A DNA stretch of 64,000 bases, from the sequence record NC_019526.1. The stretch is one strand, 5' to 3'. Below, one piece after another: positions 37,176-47,690 of the stretch (within the stretch, counting starts at the first letter, position 1; each line of letters opens with the position of its first letter). Both the position numbers and the translations under genes were made by a program. The notes under the pieces were generated by a model. It searched no databases. It was not told the origin of the DNA and saw only the letters and a list, made by a program, of their open reading frames with translations.

Positions 37176-37752
37176 ACTTGATTCTTGGATCAGGTGTCAG
37201 ACTAATACATTTTATAGTGGCGGAGCAGCAGGTGCTGACCGCCTTTTTACTTTATATGCAATTGAAAACGGTTTTGAATGTATCAATTTCTCTTTCAGTA
37301 AACATGTACATTATGTATCAGAAGAAACTGTACTGAGAATACCAGCAGATATATTAGGTGACAATGAAATATATAATGAATTAGTTAGAGCATCCAGAAA
37401 TTTATCGAAGAAAGTCCCACAAAAAAATACATACGTATATAACTTATTAGCTCGCAATAGCTATCAAATATTCAATACTGAACGTATATATTGTATTTCT
37501 ACTTTAGTTTCTCCTAATACAGTTAGTGGTGGTACATCATGGGCTGTACAAATGTTGATTAATAAAGAAGAACACCCAGAAATATATTTGTACGACTATT
37601 ATGATAAATGCGTATATTCATACGATTCAGTACTGAAACAATTCACTGAAGTATTTTTTGTTCCTACCCCTCATGGAAACTGGACTGGAATAGGATCAAG
37701 AAATGCAGAACCAAAACATTTAGAACATTTTAAAACATTTTTCAAGGATTAA
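37162..37752 (+). CDS. SLOG-superfamily protein
   Basis: SGGAAGAD, RNSYQI, SGGTSWAV, GIGSR. Confidence 0.65.
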   Translation: MTKNELDSWIRCQTNTFYSGGAAGADRLFTLYAIENGFECINFSFSKHVHYVSEETVLRIPADILGDNEIYNELVRASRNLSKKVPQKNTYVYNLLARNSYQIFNTERIYCISTLVSPNTVSGGTSWAVQMLINKEEHPEIYLYDYYDKCVYSYDSVLKQFTEVFFVPTPHGNWTGIGSRNAEPKHLEHFKTFFKD

Positions 37753-37754
37753 AA

Positions 37755-38684
37755 ATGAAACAACTATTAGACTTATATGACAAAATCTTGAAAGAAGGAG
37801 TACAAAGTACAGACCGAACTGGGGTTGGTACTATTAAACTCGTAGGTCAACAAATGCGATTTGATCTAAATGAAGGCTTTCCAGCCGTAACAACTAAACG
37901 TCTTGCGTGGAAGGCGATGTTATCAGAACTACTGTGGTTCATTGAAGGTTCCCATGACGAGCGTCGTTTGTGTGAAATTCTTCATGGTACTCGTGACTGG
38001 AGTAAAAAAACAATCTGGACTGATAATTATCTTAAACAAGGCGTAGATCTTGGATATAGTGACGGAAATCTTGGTCCAGTATATGGTAAGCAATGGCGTG
38101 ATTGGGTAGATTATAAATTTAGTTCTGATCCAAATGAAATTCAATTATTAAAATCCAAAGGTTATAAAGTATTAGATTATACTGGTTCGCACGGTGTCGT
38201 AATGCATCGCAGTACTGATCAACTAATGAAAGTTATTGATGGTCTAAAAAATGATCCATATGGACGTCGACATATTCTAAGTGCATGGAATGTTGGTGAG
38301 CTTGATGATATGGCTCTTCAACCATGTCATAGTTTTGTTCAATGGGTAGTTAGTGATAATAAACTAAGTTGTATTCTTACCCAACGCTCAGCAGATACAT
38401 TCTTGGGAGTTCCACTGAATATCACATCATATTCAGTACTCACTCATATGATAGCACAAATTACTGGATTAGAAGTTGGTGAATTTATCTGGAACGGTGG
38501 AGATTGTCATATTTACTTGAATCATATCGAACAAGTAAAAGAACAATTATCACGAGATACAAAAGAATTACCAAAATTGTGGATAGATTCAACAGTTACA
38601 GATATTACAAAATTTACAATGGATTCTGTGAAATTGGTTGGATATGATCCACATCCAGTAATCAAAGCACCAATGGCAGTATAA
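37755..38684 (+). CDS. thyA: thymidylate synthase
   Basis: LGPVYGKQWR, LQPCH, QRSADTFLGVPLN, GDCHIYLNH; no intron. Confidence 0.97.
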   Translation: MKQLLDLYDKILKEGVQSTDRTGVGTIKLVGQQMRFDLNEGFPAVTTKRLAWKAMLSELLWFIEGSHDERRLCEILHGTRDWSKKTIWTDNYLKQGVDLGYSDGNLGPVYGKQWRDWVDYKFSSDPNEIQLLKSKGYKVLDYTGSHGVVMHRSTDQLMKVIDGLKNDPYGRRHILSAWNVGELDDMALQPCHSFVQWVVSDNKLSCILTQRSADTFLGVPLNITSYSVLTHMIAQITGLEVGEFIWNGGDCHIYLNHIEQVKEQLSRDTKELPKLWIDSTVTDITKFTMDSVKLVGYDPHPVIKAPMAV

Positions 38685-38686
38685 TA

Positions 38687-38716
38687 TAAAAGGGAGACTT
38701 AATGTCTCCCTTTTTT
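38687..38716. terminator. bidirectional terminator
   Basis: AAAAGGGAGAC-ttaat-GTCTCCCTTTT between convergent genes. Confidence 0.85.
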
Positions 38717-40248
38717 TATACACCAACAACACAACGACCAATGAATCTCATATCAGGTTCCATTGGAACTTGTAGTTTTACTTTATCTAGTTCAATTGAC
38801 ATATTTTCTACTGCAACATTTTCATAAAACCCAGATGACATAAGTTCTTGTACTTGTACTGATTTTGGTTCATCTACTGTAATAACCAATTCATAATTAA
38901 TACCATCACTGGAAGGTACCCATGAAGATATATCAGAAATGTCTATTGTTTGAGAACCACTAATACGTTTCCATTTACCATTAATTTTTTGAATTAATGT
39001 ATTAAAACTAGGAGAAAAAGCTAACATACCATTTTCACCTAAAGTATTATTAGATGCATCAATAAATGGTGGTCTAAACCCAATCTCAGTTAATTTGGTT
39101 TCCCCATTATAACCATCCACAGTCGGACTTTGTGGGAAAAATAAAATTTCTGTATTTTTCCAACGCTGCACTTCTTTTGATAAGGCCGTGGCCGAGAATT
39201 CACCAGTTACCGAACCCCTGTGATATAAACCAGTGCTACTATCAGACCATTTACTTGGGTCTATTCCGGGGTTTGTGGTTGGATCATATGGTTTGCTGTT
39301 AAATGTAATCGAAGGTTTATCGACGGTACCATATGTTGCTGCAAAACGTCCTTCAGCTTCTGAAATACCATCATCATACATTGCATCTCCGGTTCTACGT
39401 AAACCATCTAAACCATATAAATCAAGTACAGATTGTACATCGGAAACTGAAGTTGGGAATTGTCGTCCATATGAATTCACTAGTTTATTATCAAATGTAA
39501 CACTAGTGGCTGCAATACGGGTAGCATACTGACGAAGACTTTGCCATTTGGTACCAGTACTAATGATCCAGTCACTATCACGTAAGCCTGGGTCATAACT
39601 AGCATTACCAACCTCGAATTGTTCTGTTAGATCTGGGTCTGATGTTAATGATATAAGACCTTCATGACCAGTAGTTGGGATTTGATCTACATTAAATCTT
39701 GCATAAGCAGAGGTAACTGATTTAGAACCATTACCATCTGTGGTAAAATAATATTTAATTTCCAACCAGTCACCCTCACCTGATGGGTTGGTTGGTGTGA
39801 ATATAACTGGTGATGTTGAAGGATTTGTAGTACTCATGTGAGTAGTAGCTAGATCAACAATACCACGAGTTACGTAATAATCACCTGAATTGGTTGAGTC
39901 CGTTGGTGGTAGATTATCGTAAACCGAAATTTCTGATGGTGGATCTACATCATCGGTATTTGGATTAAAAGTACCTTTATATGTCATACCATTCAATAAT
40001 GTATCTGGTAAATTTGCAATTGAAATTTTACCATTAGCATCTAATTGAACAAAACGTCGATATTCTACTGTATCATCTAATAATTGTAATGTACCTTCAA
40101 AAGCTTCCCATTCACTATTATAACGAATCATTCCTGGACGTTTAATGTCATTTGGTGGATTTTTCAATAGTGCTTTTGGTAATTCCAAGAAGCCATTAGT
40201 ACTATCGATAATAACACCAGAATCACCACGTATTCTATATATACTCAT
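38716..40248 (-). CDS. virion structural protein (tail/baseplate-associated)
   Basis: 510 aa; TAAATA and GAGGA upstream on minus strand; PGMIRYNSE...FEG fibre-type motif. Confidence 0.65.
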   Translation of the reverse strand: MSIYRIRGDSGVIIDSTNGFLELPKALLKNPPNDIKRPGMIRYNSEWEAFEGTLQLLDDTVEYRRFVQLDANGKISIANLPDTLLNGMTYKGTFNPNTDDVDPPSEISVYDNLPPTDSTNSGDYYVTRGIVDLATTHMSTTNPSTSPVIFTPTNPSGEGDWLEIKYYFTTDGNGSKSVTSAYARFNVDQIPTTGHEGLISLTSDPDLTEQFEVGNASYDPGLRDSDWIISTGTKWQSLRQYATRIAATSVTFDNKLVNSYGRQFPTSVSDVQSVLDLYGLDGLRRTGDAMYDDGISEAEGRFAATYGTVDKPSITFNSKPYDPTTNPGIDPSKWSDSSTGLYHRGSVTGEFSATALSKEVQRWKNTEILFFPQSPTVDGYNGETKLTEIGFRPPFIDASNNTLGENGMLAFSPSFNTLIQKINGKWKRISGSQTIDISDISSWVPSSDGINYELVITVDEPKSVQVQELMSSGFYENVAVENMSIELDKVKLQVPMEPDMRFIGRCVVGV

Positions 40249-40412
40249 TTATATATTTCCTCAATAAGTAATATTGTATATGGTATTTATTTTTCGATAA
40301 TAAAAAAAGTTATTCTTGGAATTATATGTTTACACACAAACTACGGTACTTTTTCCATGAAAAATATATTCTTTATTTTTAATAAATTATTATATCAAAA
40401 TCTTGAACCGTA

Positions 40413-40760
40413 TTATACAGATGGTATACTAATAAGGGGTTTCCATATACCGCTGTCTTTGATAAAAATATTAACGATGTTGGTTGTATCAATTTGGTAA
40501 TATACATTACCATCTTCACCTGTACTGGAATCTGGAATATCTGTTCCTCGTAATATAGTACTGTTTAATTTAGTATTAAGATGGTTTAATGTAACCAGAT
40601 GTTGATCTTTGGTAGGTTCACCAGCTTCCACTGGCAATAATAGTGTGCCTTCGTAATTATAAATTTTTACATCGGTACCATCTGTACTTAATTTTGCACC
40701 ATTTTTACCAAGAACAAAATCCTTCTTCATAGTCCCTTCTAAGTTAGAAAAAATTGCCAT
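40413..40760 (-). CDS. small virion structural protein
   Basis: GGAG RBS; GTDIPDSSTGEDGNVYY fibre-module motif. Confidence 0.65.
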   Translation of the reverse strand: MAIFSNLEGTMKKDFVLGKNGAKLSTDGTDVKIYNYEGTLLLPVEAGEPTKDQHLVTLNHLNTKLNSTILRGTDIPDSSTGEDGNVYYQIDTTNIVNIFIKDSGIWKPLISIPSV

Positions 40761-40772
40761 TATAAAATCTCC

Positions 40773-41888
40773 TTAGATATTGTCGCTAATAGGCAGAGTT
40801 GGTGCTTGCCATGATAGTGTACAAATAATTGTCATATTACCATATGAACTTAAATTAACTGATTCATTAAAAATACAAGAAATTATTTCGTCTTTATCAG
40901 AAACAGTGTGATTTGTTTCATTGATTACATATCTACTTTGCATTGATATATCAAAATAATCATAACCAGCAATAACAGTACCACCAATATCCTCATTTGC
41001 TTCCCCACTGAAACGAATTTTCATATCAGTTACTGGTGGTTCATACCCCTGTGTTACATTTACTTCGATATTAGTGACAAGATATCCAGCAGGACAAGTA
41101 CCAATAACCAGTACTGTATTAGTGTATGAATGATCGATAGTGTTCACTATAACAACTATATCCTTACCGGCATCTCCTTTATCACCCTTCTCACCTTGCA
41201 AGCCTTCTTTACCACGAAATTCAATACCAGTGCTCCATTCTTTTTGTACTGGATCTGTATTTTCCACAATATCTACATAATATAATTTACCATCACTTGT
41301 GTTATAGAAACAATAATCTTCTGGAAGATTAGTAATATCAGGGAAAGTGCTTCCGGTACTATCAATGTGGAATCTACCGCGTGGACCTACTTCACCCCTG
41401 AAGCTAATACCGCTCGACCACGTTTGAGTACTGGAATCATAAAAATAAAGTTTTCCATCATTGGTATTATAGAAAGTATAACCATCAAATAAACCAGAAG
41501 TAGGGAATACCGTACCAGAACTATCTATATGGAATGGTTTACCCTGTTCACCTTGCTCACCTTTTCCAAATTCAACCGAATTCCATGTGCTTGACTCACC
41601 TGGATTTGAAGTTTTAAAATACAAAACACTTGTGGAATTTGCTAAGCTCAGATAGCTCCACCCAATAGTTTTATCTGTATTAAAATCACTGTCAGGTATT
41701 TCAAAACCAATTTCGTTTGGATAAAAATTACTTCCATCAGAACCGTCATGACCAACAACCAGACCTAAATCTTCAATGGTATTATCTGCATAAGTTACAA
41801 TCAAATGACCATCTGTGCTGATTTTCATACTTTTAATACCAGAATTATTACATGAGCAATTGGACCCATTATTAAATGAAATTGTCAT
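40773..41888 (-). CDS. collagen-repeat virion fibre protein
   Basis: Gly-X-Y runs (GEQGEQGKP; GKEGLQGEKGDKGDAGKD) separated by repeated FHIDS.G..FP...FYNT.DGKLY units. Confidence 0.75.
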   Translation of the reverse strand: MTISFNNGSNCSCNNSGIKSMKISTDGHLIVTYADNTIEDLGLVVGHDGSDGSNFYPNEIGFEIPDSDFNTDKTIGWSYLSLANSTSVLYFKTSNPGESSTWNSVEFGKGEQGEQGKPFHIDSSGTVFPTSGLFDGYTFYNTNDGKLYFYDSSTQTWSSGISFRGEVGPRGRFHIDSTGSTFPDITNLPEDYCFYNTSDGKLYYVDIVENTDPVQKEWSTGIEFRGKEGLQGEKGDKGDAGKDIVVIVNTIDHSYTNTVLVIGTCPAGYLVTNIEVNVTQGYEPPVTDMKIRFSGEANEDIGGTVIAGYDYFDISMQSRYVINETNHTVSDKDEIISCIFNESVNLSSYGNMTIICTLSWQAPTLPISDNI

Positions 41889-42004
41889 ATTTATATCCTT
41901 TAATGAATATCATCTAGAAATATTTATCCAGTACTATACTCTTTTGGTTAGTATATAAAGCACAATAAATAAGTTAAAGTTCATAATAAAAGGGCTTAAC
42001 GATT

Positions 42005-42502
42005 ATGGCATTACGTTCAAAAAATTTTCTATTCAACAGAAAAGACAGAGATGGAGAATATAAAGATTTTCCAAATAGTGATGTGTGGTATCCAAACAAT
42101 GTAGATTATTACTGGGATGAGCAATCAACTCCAATGGCAAGTGGTGGATATTATGGAAGTACTACAGGTTTGCACACAATTTCTTTTACACTACGCGAAT
42201 TCACTGGAAGAATTTATGTACTTGCTACACTAGCAAGCAACCCCACAGATCAAGACTGGTTTCCAATTAAATTTAAAGAAAGTTGTAAATATTATCTTGA
42301 ATTTACGGATATGTCGGTTTATAACCCAATTACCGCAGAAATAAACCGCGAACGTGGTACAACTGGTACTTTTGCTGAAACATTAACTGGTAATTTTACA
42401 TACATTAAAATTGGTATTGATAGAGATTATATCAGTGAAAATCCAAGTGATATACAAAAAGGTGCAGTAGGGTACTTAGAATCTATATTAATTAATTTTT
42501 AA
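42005..42502 (+). CDS. hypothetical virion protein
   Basis: TAAATA upstream; divergent from the collagen gene. Confidence 0.7.
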   Translation: MALRSKNFLFNRKDRDGEYKDFPNSDVWYPNNVDYYWDEQSTPMASGGYYGSTTGLHTISFTLREFTGRIYVLATLASNPTDQDWFPIKFKESCKYYLEFTDMSVYNPITAEINRERGTTGTFAETLTGNFTYIKIGIDRDYISENPSDIQKGAVGYLESILINF

Positions 42503-42512
42503 GGAATAAGAA

Positions 42513-43118
42513 ATGCTACACAAAGAACAACCAAAATTATTTGTAAAAGGACATGTATTAATAACTGATATCACGGATCCAAATAATGTTATTACAGTTT
42601 TAGATCGTAGTAATGCGATTCACAGTGAAAATATGTCATATGCAATAGCGAATTCATTATCATATGTTCAAGATAGTACTGGGGTTCCTATTGGATCTAT
42701 TAGTTCTATGCATTTTGGTAACGGTGGTAGTACTATCATCGGTACTGGACGTATTTTATATAAGCAGCCAAGAGTAACATCTTTTGGTGGATTATATTCA
42801 GAAACTTATAAAAAAAATATTAATGCCAGAATTAATCCTGGAATTGATGAACAGTACAACTATATTAGTACTGTTCATATCCCAGGACAATCATACTCAG
42901 ATGTTGTATGTATTTGTACTCTAGGTTTAGGTGAACCAGTTGATCAAAACGCAAGTAGTAGTAATGATTTAGATGGTACCTATGTGTTTGATGAATTAGG
43001 TCTGTATACTGATGGTGATAGTGGTTCACCACTGTCTCATATTATTTTCCACCCAGTGGAAAAATCAGCCAACCGTGTTTTGCAAATTAAATACACTGTA
43101 CGCATTCAATTACAATAA
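42513..43118 (+). CDS. baseplate/tail-associated structural protein
   Basis: FDELGL...SHIIFHPVEKSANR.LQIKYTVRI, typical of myovirus baseplate-fibre attachment proteins. Confidence 0.6.
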   Translation: MLHKEQPKLFVKGHVLITDITDPNNVITVLDRSNAIHSENMSYAIANSLSYVQDSTGVPIGSISSMHFGNGGSTIIGTGRILYKQPRVTSFGGLYSETYKKNINARINPGIDEQYNYISTVHIPGQSYSDVVCICTLGLGEPVDQNASSSNDLDGTYVFDELGLYTDGDSGSPLSHIIFHPVEKSANRVLQIKYTVRIQLQ

Positions 43119-43131
43119 TAAGAGGTATATA

Positions 43132-44244
43132 ATGGCAACGGTTAATTATGTAATCAAAAGAAGTGATGGTACTACATATGCTACCATCCCCAACGATGTT
43201 ATACTAGGTCCAAATCAACCTGGTAGCAACCCAGTACCTCTTAATTTTGTAGGAAGGAATAAGGTTGGATATGGTCAGGCATCAAACGAAAACTTTCTAC
43301 ACTTAGTTGAAAACTTCACAAGTTCAAATGCACCTTATGGTAACGTTAAAGGGCAATTATGGTATAAAGCCACTGGTAGTACACCTGGTGAATTTCTTTT
43401 AGCATTGCAGGATAATGCTCAACAACCCGTAGATACTGCAACAGAAGGACAATGGGCTTCTATACCAATGATTACATTGTTTAATACCATACCAGATGGC
43501 ACTAACAGTGTAATGGGTAGAATGATCCTCACCAATAATGGTGATACTCTTCGTGTTCTTATGAAAAATAAAGAATGGAGGGAAGTTTTAACTCGTAAAC
43601 CACAAGCAAAAGAATATGAAGCACTGCTTGATATTAATTATGATAGTTCAGTAAATTATATTGAATTCACACAAACTAACAGTACTAAACCTATTGCTTA
43701 TTTTAATACTGGTGGTGATATGAGCATTGACTCAAATGGTTGGGCTAGTTTTGAAACAGGCAATGGTGTGTTCCAATTTGGAACTAACTATTTTTATGAA
43801 ATGAAAATAATGTTCAGGGAAGTTTCGATGGATAGTGGCTCATTATTATCTGTCCCTTCTAACTACAAAACGTGGAAAATTAATGGTAGCTTTTATGTTG
43901 ATAATAAAGGAACCATTACACCGGGTTCTGTTCCGTGCAGTGATTTACCAGATCCACGTCGTATTGCAAGTTTGGAAACTATTAAAGATGTAATCACCAG
44001 TGCTACACTACAAAATGACTGGGACGTTAGTATGGTAATTAATGATATAGATTCATCCATTCCTAACCCTACTGGGGTTACTAAAGCAGCATATGAACAA
44101 TGGGTTATTAATTCACTTAATAGTAGCAAAACACTAGGTTTTAGAGTAGATGGTACTGTATCAGGATTAAGTACTGGACAAACTGTAAAAATTCAACCTA
44201 ACATTTCAATTAAAATTCTTGGGATCCCGGCACTCGGTGTATAA
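43132..44244 (+). CDS. tail fibre/baseplate-associated protein
   Basis: GRNKVGYGQASNENFLHLVENF...GQLWY N-terminal fibre module; ATG 43132 after GAGG. Confidence 0.6.
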   Translation: MATVNYVIKRSDGTTYATIPNDVILGPNQPGSNPVPLNFVGRNKVGYGQASNENFLHLVENFTSSNAPYGNVKGQLWYKATGSTPGEFLLALQDNAQQPVDTATEGQWASIPMITLFNTIPDGTNSVMGRMILTNNGDTLRVLMKNKEWREVLTRKPQAKEYEALLDINYDSSVNYIEFTQTNSTKPIAYFNTGGDMSIDSNGWASFETGNGVFQFGTNYFYEMKIMFREVSMDSGSLLSVPSNYKTWKINGSFYVDNKGTITPGSVPCSDLPDPRRIASLETIKDVITSATLQNDWDVSMVINDIDSSIPNPTGVTKAAYEQWVINSLNSSKTLGFRVDGTVSGLSTGQTVKIQPNISIKILGIPALGV

Positions 44245-44250
44245 CAAAAA

Positions 44251-44280
44251 TAAAAAAGGAGCCGATTGGCTCCTTTTTTT
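44251..44280. terminator. bidirectional terminator
   Basis: AAAAAAGGAGCC-gatt-GGCTCCTTTTTT. Confidence 0.85.
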
Positions 44281-44281
44281 G

Positions 44282-44755
44282 TTAAAAATATGGTTCACTA
44301 TTTAAACTGTTGACAAACACAGTCCCTTTCTTTATACTTTCATACAGAGATTTAAAATCCTTCATTAAATTTTCATTAAGTAGTGTGCTTTTAGCACCAG
44401 GATGTAATCTTAGACTTTTATACGAACCAATTTCTACCCAAGAATATCCAGAGCTTTCGTGATTCAGTACAGGAATAAATTCATTTTCAACTACTATAAC
44501 AAATGAATAATATTTGAATTTACCATTTTTAGTACTGAATACATCAAAAGGTATAATATCTTCAATATCGGGAACAGAATTACCTAATTCTTCTTGTATT
44601 TCTCTGTACAATGCTTGTAATGGTGTTTCATTATTTTGAAGTTTTCCTCCTACAAATCCCCAGTTATTACTATAGGTAGCACTTTCCGAACGTAAATTGA
44701 GCATCATTCTTCCTGTATTCTTGGATAGGAATATAGCACCAACTGCTTCATTCAT
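44282..44755 (-). CDS. NUDIX hydrolase
   Basis: WGFVGGKLQNNETPLQALYREIQEELG; LNHESSGYSW. Confidence 0.88.
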   Translation of the reverse strand: MNEAVGAIFLSKNTGRMMLNLRSESATYSNNWGFVGGKLQNNETPLQALYREIQEELGNSVPDIEDIIPFDVFSTKNGKFKYYSFVIVVENEFIPVLNHESSGYSWVEIGSYKSLRLHPGAKSTLLNENLMKDFKSLYESIKKGTVFVNSLNSEPYF

Positions 44756-44767
44756 AGAAACTCCTTG

Positions 44768-46093
44768 TTAGTTTTTATCACGAAATGTAATACGCCAATA
44801 ACCAGCAGTGTATTTTGGTTTAACCGATCTAGACCAACCCAAACGCTTATTATATTTGTAATAATGAGTATCATCTCTGTTATAGATATAATTTGATACA
44901 GTTTCTGGATCAATCAAATCTGCACCTGTGTTGGTTATTTTAAATAGCATATTAGGTTCGATTGATGTATCTTTGTATTGAATAGAACATTTTGAATTAT
45001 TAACATAATATTGTTCTGGTATAGCATTATTTAGTTCAGAAATTTTAGATACTAATTTGATAATATTAAAATTCGTACTATACTGTAAAGGATCAATTTC
45101 AACTGTTAACTTATTTGCATCATCACCACTACCAATAGATGTTACTATCCCCTTTAATGGGTTAGTTTCTTCGATTGCAGTTTGGAATCTTATGGTAATT
45201 TCCTTATCTTCATAATCTGGATCTAAATACTGGAAATATTTTTTCCATGAATAAATCCCACCAGTATCTGTTTTTGGACTTCCTGATTGAGAGATTAAAG
45301 TAATTTCAAAAATATTATCAGTTTGTTCTTCAGTACCTATACCCAAATTCTTTGGTGTAAAAACATCAACGATTGGATCTTCAAAATCAAAGTTCATATC
45401 CTTTTCAGGAATATATGTTGTCATATTAGTGTTGATTTGGTTAATTAGTTTTGGTTTTTCAACCCTAGCAGGTAAAGAAAACCATATAGTAGTTTCGAAT
45501 TTAAATACTGCAATATCCAAATCAGTATCATTACCCTGTGGTACACCCCTTGTACTAAATGTTGTATCTACCAATTCCACATTTTCAATACTGGTCCAAT
45601 CAAGTGGGTTATTGGACATTTGCATTTGTACACTTGGTGCAAAGAGTGTACAAATTTGTTCCCACAATTCCATTTTAGCTTGCAATTGTGTAGTCCATAT
45701 GTTAAGATTGAATACAAATTTATATGGTACTGGATTGTGTCGTGTAACTTTGTACATTTTATCGATTTCGTGTATATAATTACCATTATCATCAGTTTTA
45801 TTAGTTGCGAATACTGAAATATCATCTGCATTAGAACGCGTTGATTTTCTATCCACATTTAAGCTTTCTACACTGATAGTCATAATAGGTGCTGAATTTA
45901 TGATATTTTCACTACCACTATTAATAATATAGGCAGCCATTTTTGAAATATCTGCATAACGAACCGGAACTTCTCGGTATCGTGGTTTGCCTTCATCATC
46001 AACACCATTTTGTACAGTAAAACCACTGAATAAACGAATAAGATGAGTTAATTCTCTATGAAATTGTCCATCATAATAATAATCTAGTTTCAT
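44768..46093 (-). CDS. tail terminator/sheath stabiliser (T4 gp15-like)
   Basis: PVPYKFVFNLNIWT...MELWEQICTLFAPS. Confidence 0.8.
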   Translation of the reverse strand: MKLDYYYDGQFHRELTHLIRLFSGFTVQNGVDDEGKPRYREVPVRYADISKMAAYIINSGSENIINSAPIMTISVESLNVDRKSTRSNADDISVFATNKTDDNGNYIHEIDKMYKVTRHNPVPYKFVFNLNIWTTQLQAKMELWEQICTLFAPSVQMQMSNNPLDWTSIENVELVDTTFSTRGVPQGNDTDLDIAVFKFETTIWFSLPARVEKPKLINQINTNMTTYIPEKDMNFDFEDPIVDVFTPKNLGIGTEEQTDNIFEITLISQSGSPKTDTGGIYSWKKYFQYLDPDYEDKEITIRFQTAIEETNPLKGIVTSIGSGDDANKLTVEIDPLQYSTNFNIIKLVSKISELNNAIPEQYYVNNSKCSIQYKDTSIEPNMLFKITNTGADLIDPETVSNYIYNRDDTHYYKYNKRLGWSRSVKPKYTAGYWRITFRDKN

Positions 46094-46098
46094 TGTTA

Positions 46099-47559
46099 TT
46101 ATTTCCTATATTTTGGTGTACTTGCAATATCATGTAATGGCATTCTATCTGAACTGTTGACGAAATTTACAAGTTCTGGGTCTGAACCTAACCATGGAAT
46201 TCTGTTACCATAATCGAATACTACCCATGATTGACTGTCGGCATTGTATTTCCAACATGTGACCGGATTATAGTCAGTTCTGAAAAAATATTCTCCATCA
46301 GTTGGTGTAGATGGAAACTCGGTACCTTCTGGTACTGAACCCCTTTGTGGTGGAATTTCCGGTCTGTAGTTATTAGGATCATCAATAATATCATTAATAT
46401 TAGAAGTATTGAAATTAAATTTTCCTGGGAAATTAGATGGAATAATCCACGAATCATCTTTGTACTGATATACTTGTAAATCACTATATTTTACATAAAA
46501 CTCCATGTTATTCTTAGGTTGTTTATCTTCCTTACTATATTCAACATCACATAACAACCAACTATTACTTGAGTTATCGTACTGGTACAATGAAAAACCA
46601 CTCACATTAGTACTATCTTCTTTAAAGAAGAAATCACCATCAGTTGGATTGGATGGGAAGTTAATATCATACCCAGTACTGACAACATTCCACACATCAT
46701 CAACATTCTCTTTAAGTACAGGTTTAGTCTTTTTAAGATATAGCATATTATTAGCTGGTTCTTCTGGGAAGTCATATCCATTTAACATACTTTTAGATAG
46801 GTCTACATAGTCAATTCGTGGATCATAAAACTGTTCATTATCAAAATTGAGATAAGGTACATCATTTTCAGCTATTGTGATTATTTTATTCATTATATCC
46901 ATTTCATTTTGATAATTACTGTTGTTATTACCATTACCGTTGCCATTATTTGGATCATCTGGGTTATCTGGATAACTATTGTTTTGTAGTAAATCTGAGT
47001 ATTCAGGTGAATCAGTAATGGGTTTGACTCGAATTTTCCATATATGAGCTTGCCACGTAGCAGAATATCCTTCATATGTTTTAAAAGCATCCTGTACTAC
47101 ATAAAAACGGTTTATACCACTATCTTTACCAATAACATCGAAATCACGTAAATTTGGTAGTTCAATAACATCACCCGGAAGAATCTTTCTTCCTAAACGT
47201 TTCATCATATCGTTATAATGAACAGTTATATCCATTGTATTAAAATCAAAAAACAGGCCAGGGAGTTTCATGTCGGGAGTTGCTTCTTGCACTTGATAGA
47301 CACATGAAAATGTGATAGCCTCTAGATTATATTTTCTATTCGAGGTGTCACCAAAAACCCAATCGCTAACACTGTTGATATCAAAACTTGACTCTGAACT
47401 GGAAGTTGTTGTATAATCACCAGTACTGGACGTTGGTTTTTCACCACAGTACGCGTAAAGCCACATGTCAACGCCACCTATGTTGTATTGTTCGGCAATG
47501 GCAGAATCAATAAAAGAGTAATCATTCGTTCTGCCTTTTTTCCACATCTTATAAGCCAT
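46099..47559 (-). CDS. neck/head-closure protein (T4 gp14-like) with C-terminal extension
   Basis: PGLF...ITVH...LGRKILPGDVIELP core; repeated FP..P..G modules in the extension. Confidence 0.7.
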   Translation of the reverse strand: MAYKMWKKGRTNDYSFIDSAIAEQYNIGGVDMWLYAYCGEKPTSSTGDYTTTSSSESSFDINSVSDWVFGDTSNRKYNLEAITFSCVYQVQEATPDMKLPGLFFDFNTMDITVHYNDMMKRLGRKILPGDVIELPNLRDFDVIGKDSGINRFYVVQDAFKTYEGYSATWQAHIWKIRVKPITDSPEYSDLLQNNSYPDNPDDPNNGNGNGNNNSNYQNEMDIMNKIITIAENDVPYLNFDNEQFYDPRIDYVDLSKSMLNGYDFPEEPANNMLYLKKTKPVLKENVDDVWNVVSTGYDINFPSNPTDGDFFFKEDSTNVSGFSLYQYDNSSNSWLLCDVEYSKEDKQPKNNMEFYVKYSDLQVYQYKDDSWIIPSNFPGKFNFNTSNINDIIDDPNNYRPEIPPQRGSVPEGTEFPSTPTDGEYFFRTDYNPVTCWKYNADSQSWVVFDYGNRIPWLGSDPELVNFVNSSDRMPLHDIASTPKYRK

Positions 47560-47564
47560 TTGAA

Positions 47565-47600
47565 TTCTCCAAATGCATTTTTTATATAGTATTTAGAGAA
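47565..47600 (-). promoter_or_regulatory. late promoter TAAATA with RBS-pairing arm
   Basis: minus-strand TTCTCTAAA can pair with TTTGGAGAA; TAAATA at 47590-47595. Confidence 0.55.
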
Positions 47601-47613
47601 GATAAAAAAAGAG

Positions 47614-47643
47614 TTGACATTGCAATTTAATTTCTGATATAAT
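47614..47643 (+). promoter_or_regulatory. sigma70-type promoter
   Basis: TTGACA-18-TATAAT with extended -10 TG. Confidence 0.75.
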
Positions 47644-47690
47644 GTAATCATAGTTCAATACAAAAGAGACATTTTACAAAAGGAAAATCA

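Noticed and set aside
37755-38684. Intron in thymidylate synthase as in T4 td
   Set aside because: The ORF is continuous with all motifs in one frame.
38716-44244. Diversity-generating retroelement or invertible fibre cassette
   Set aside because: No reverse transcriptase, invertase, template/variable repeat pair or flanking inverted repeats seen; the strand switches are explained by promoters and terminators.
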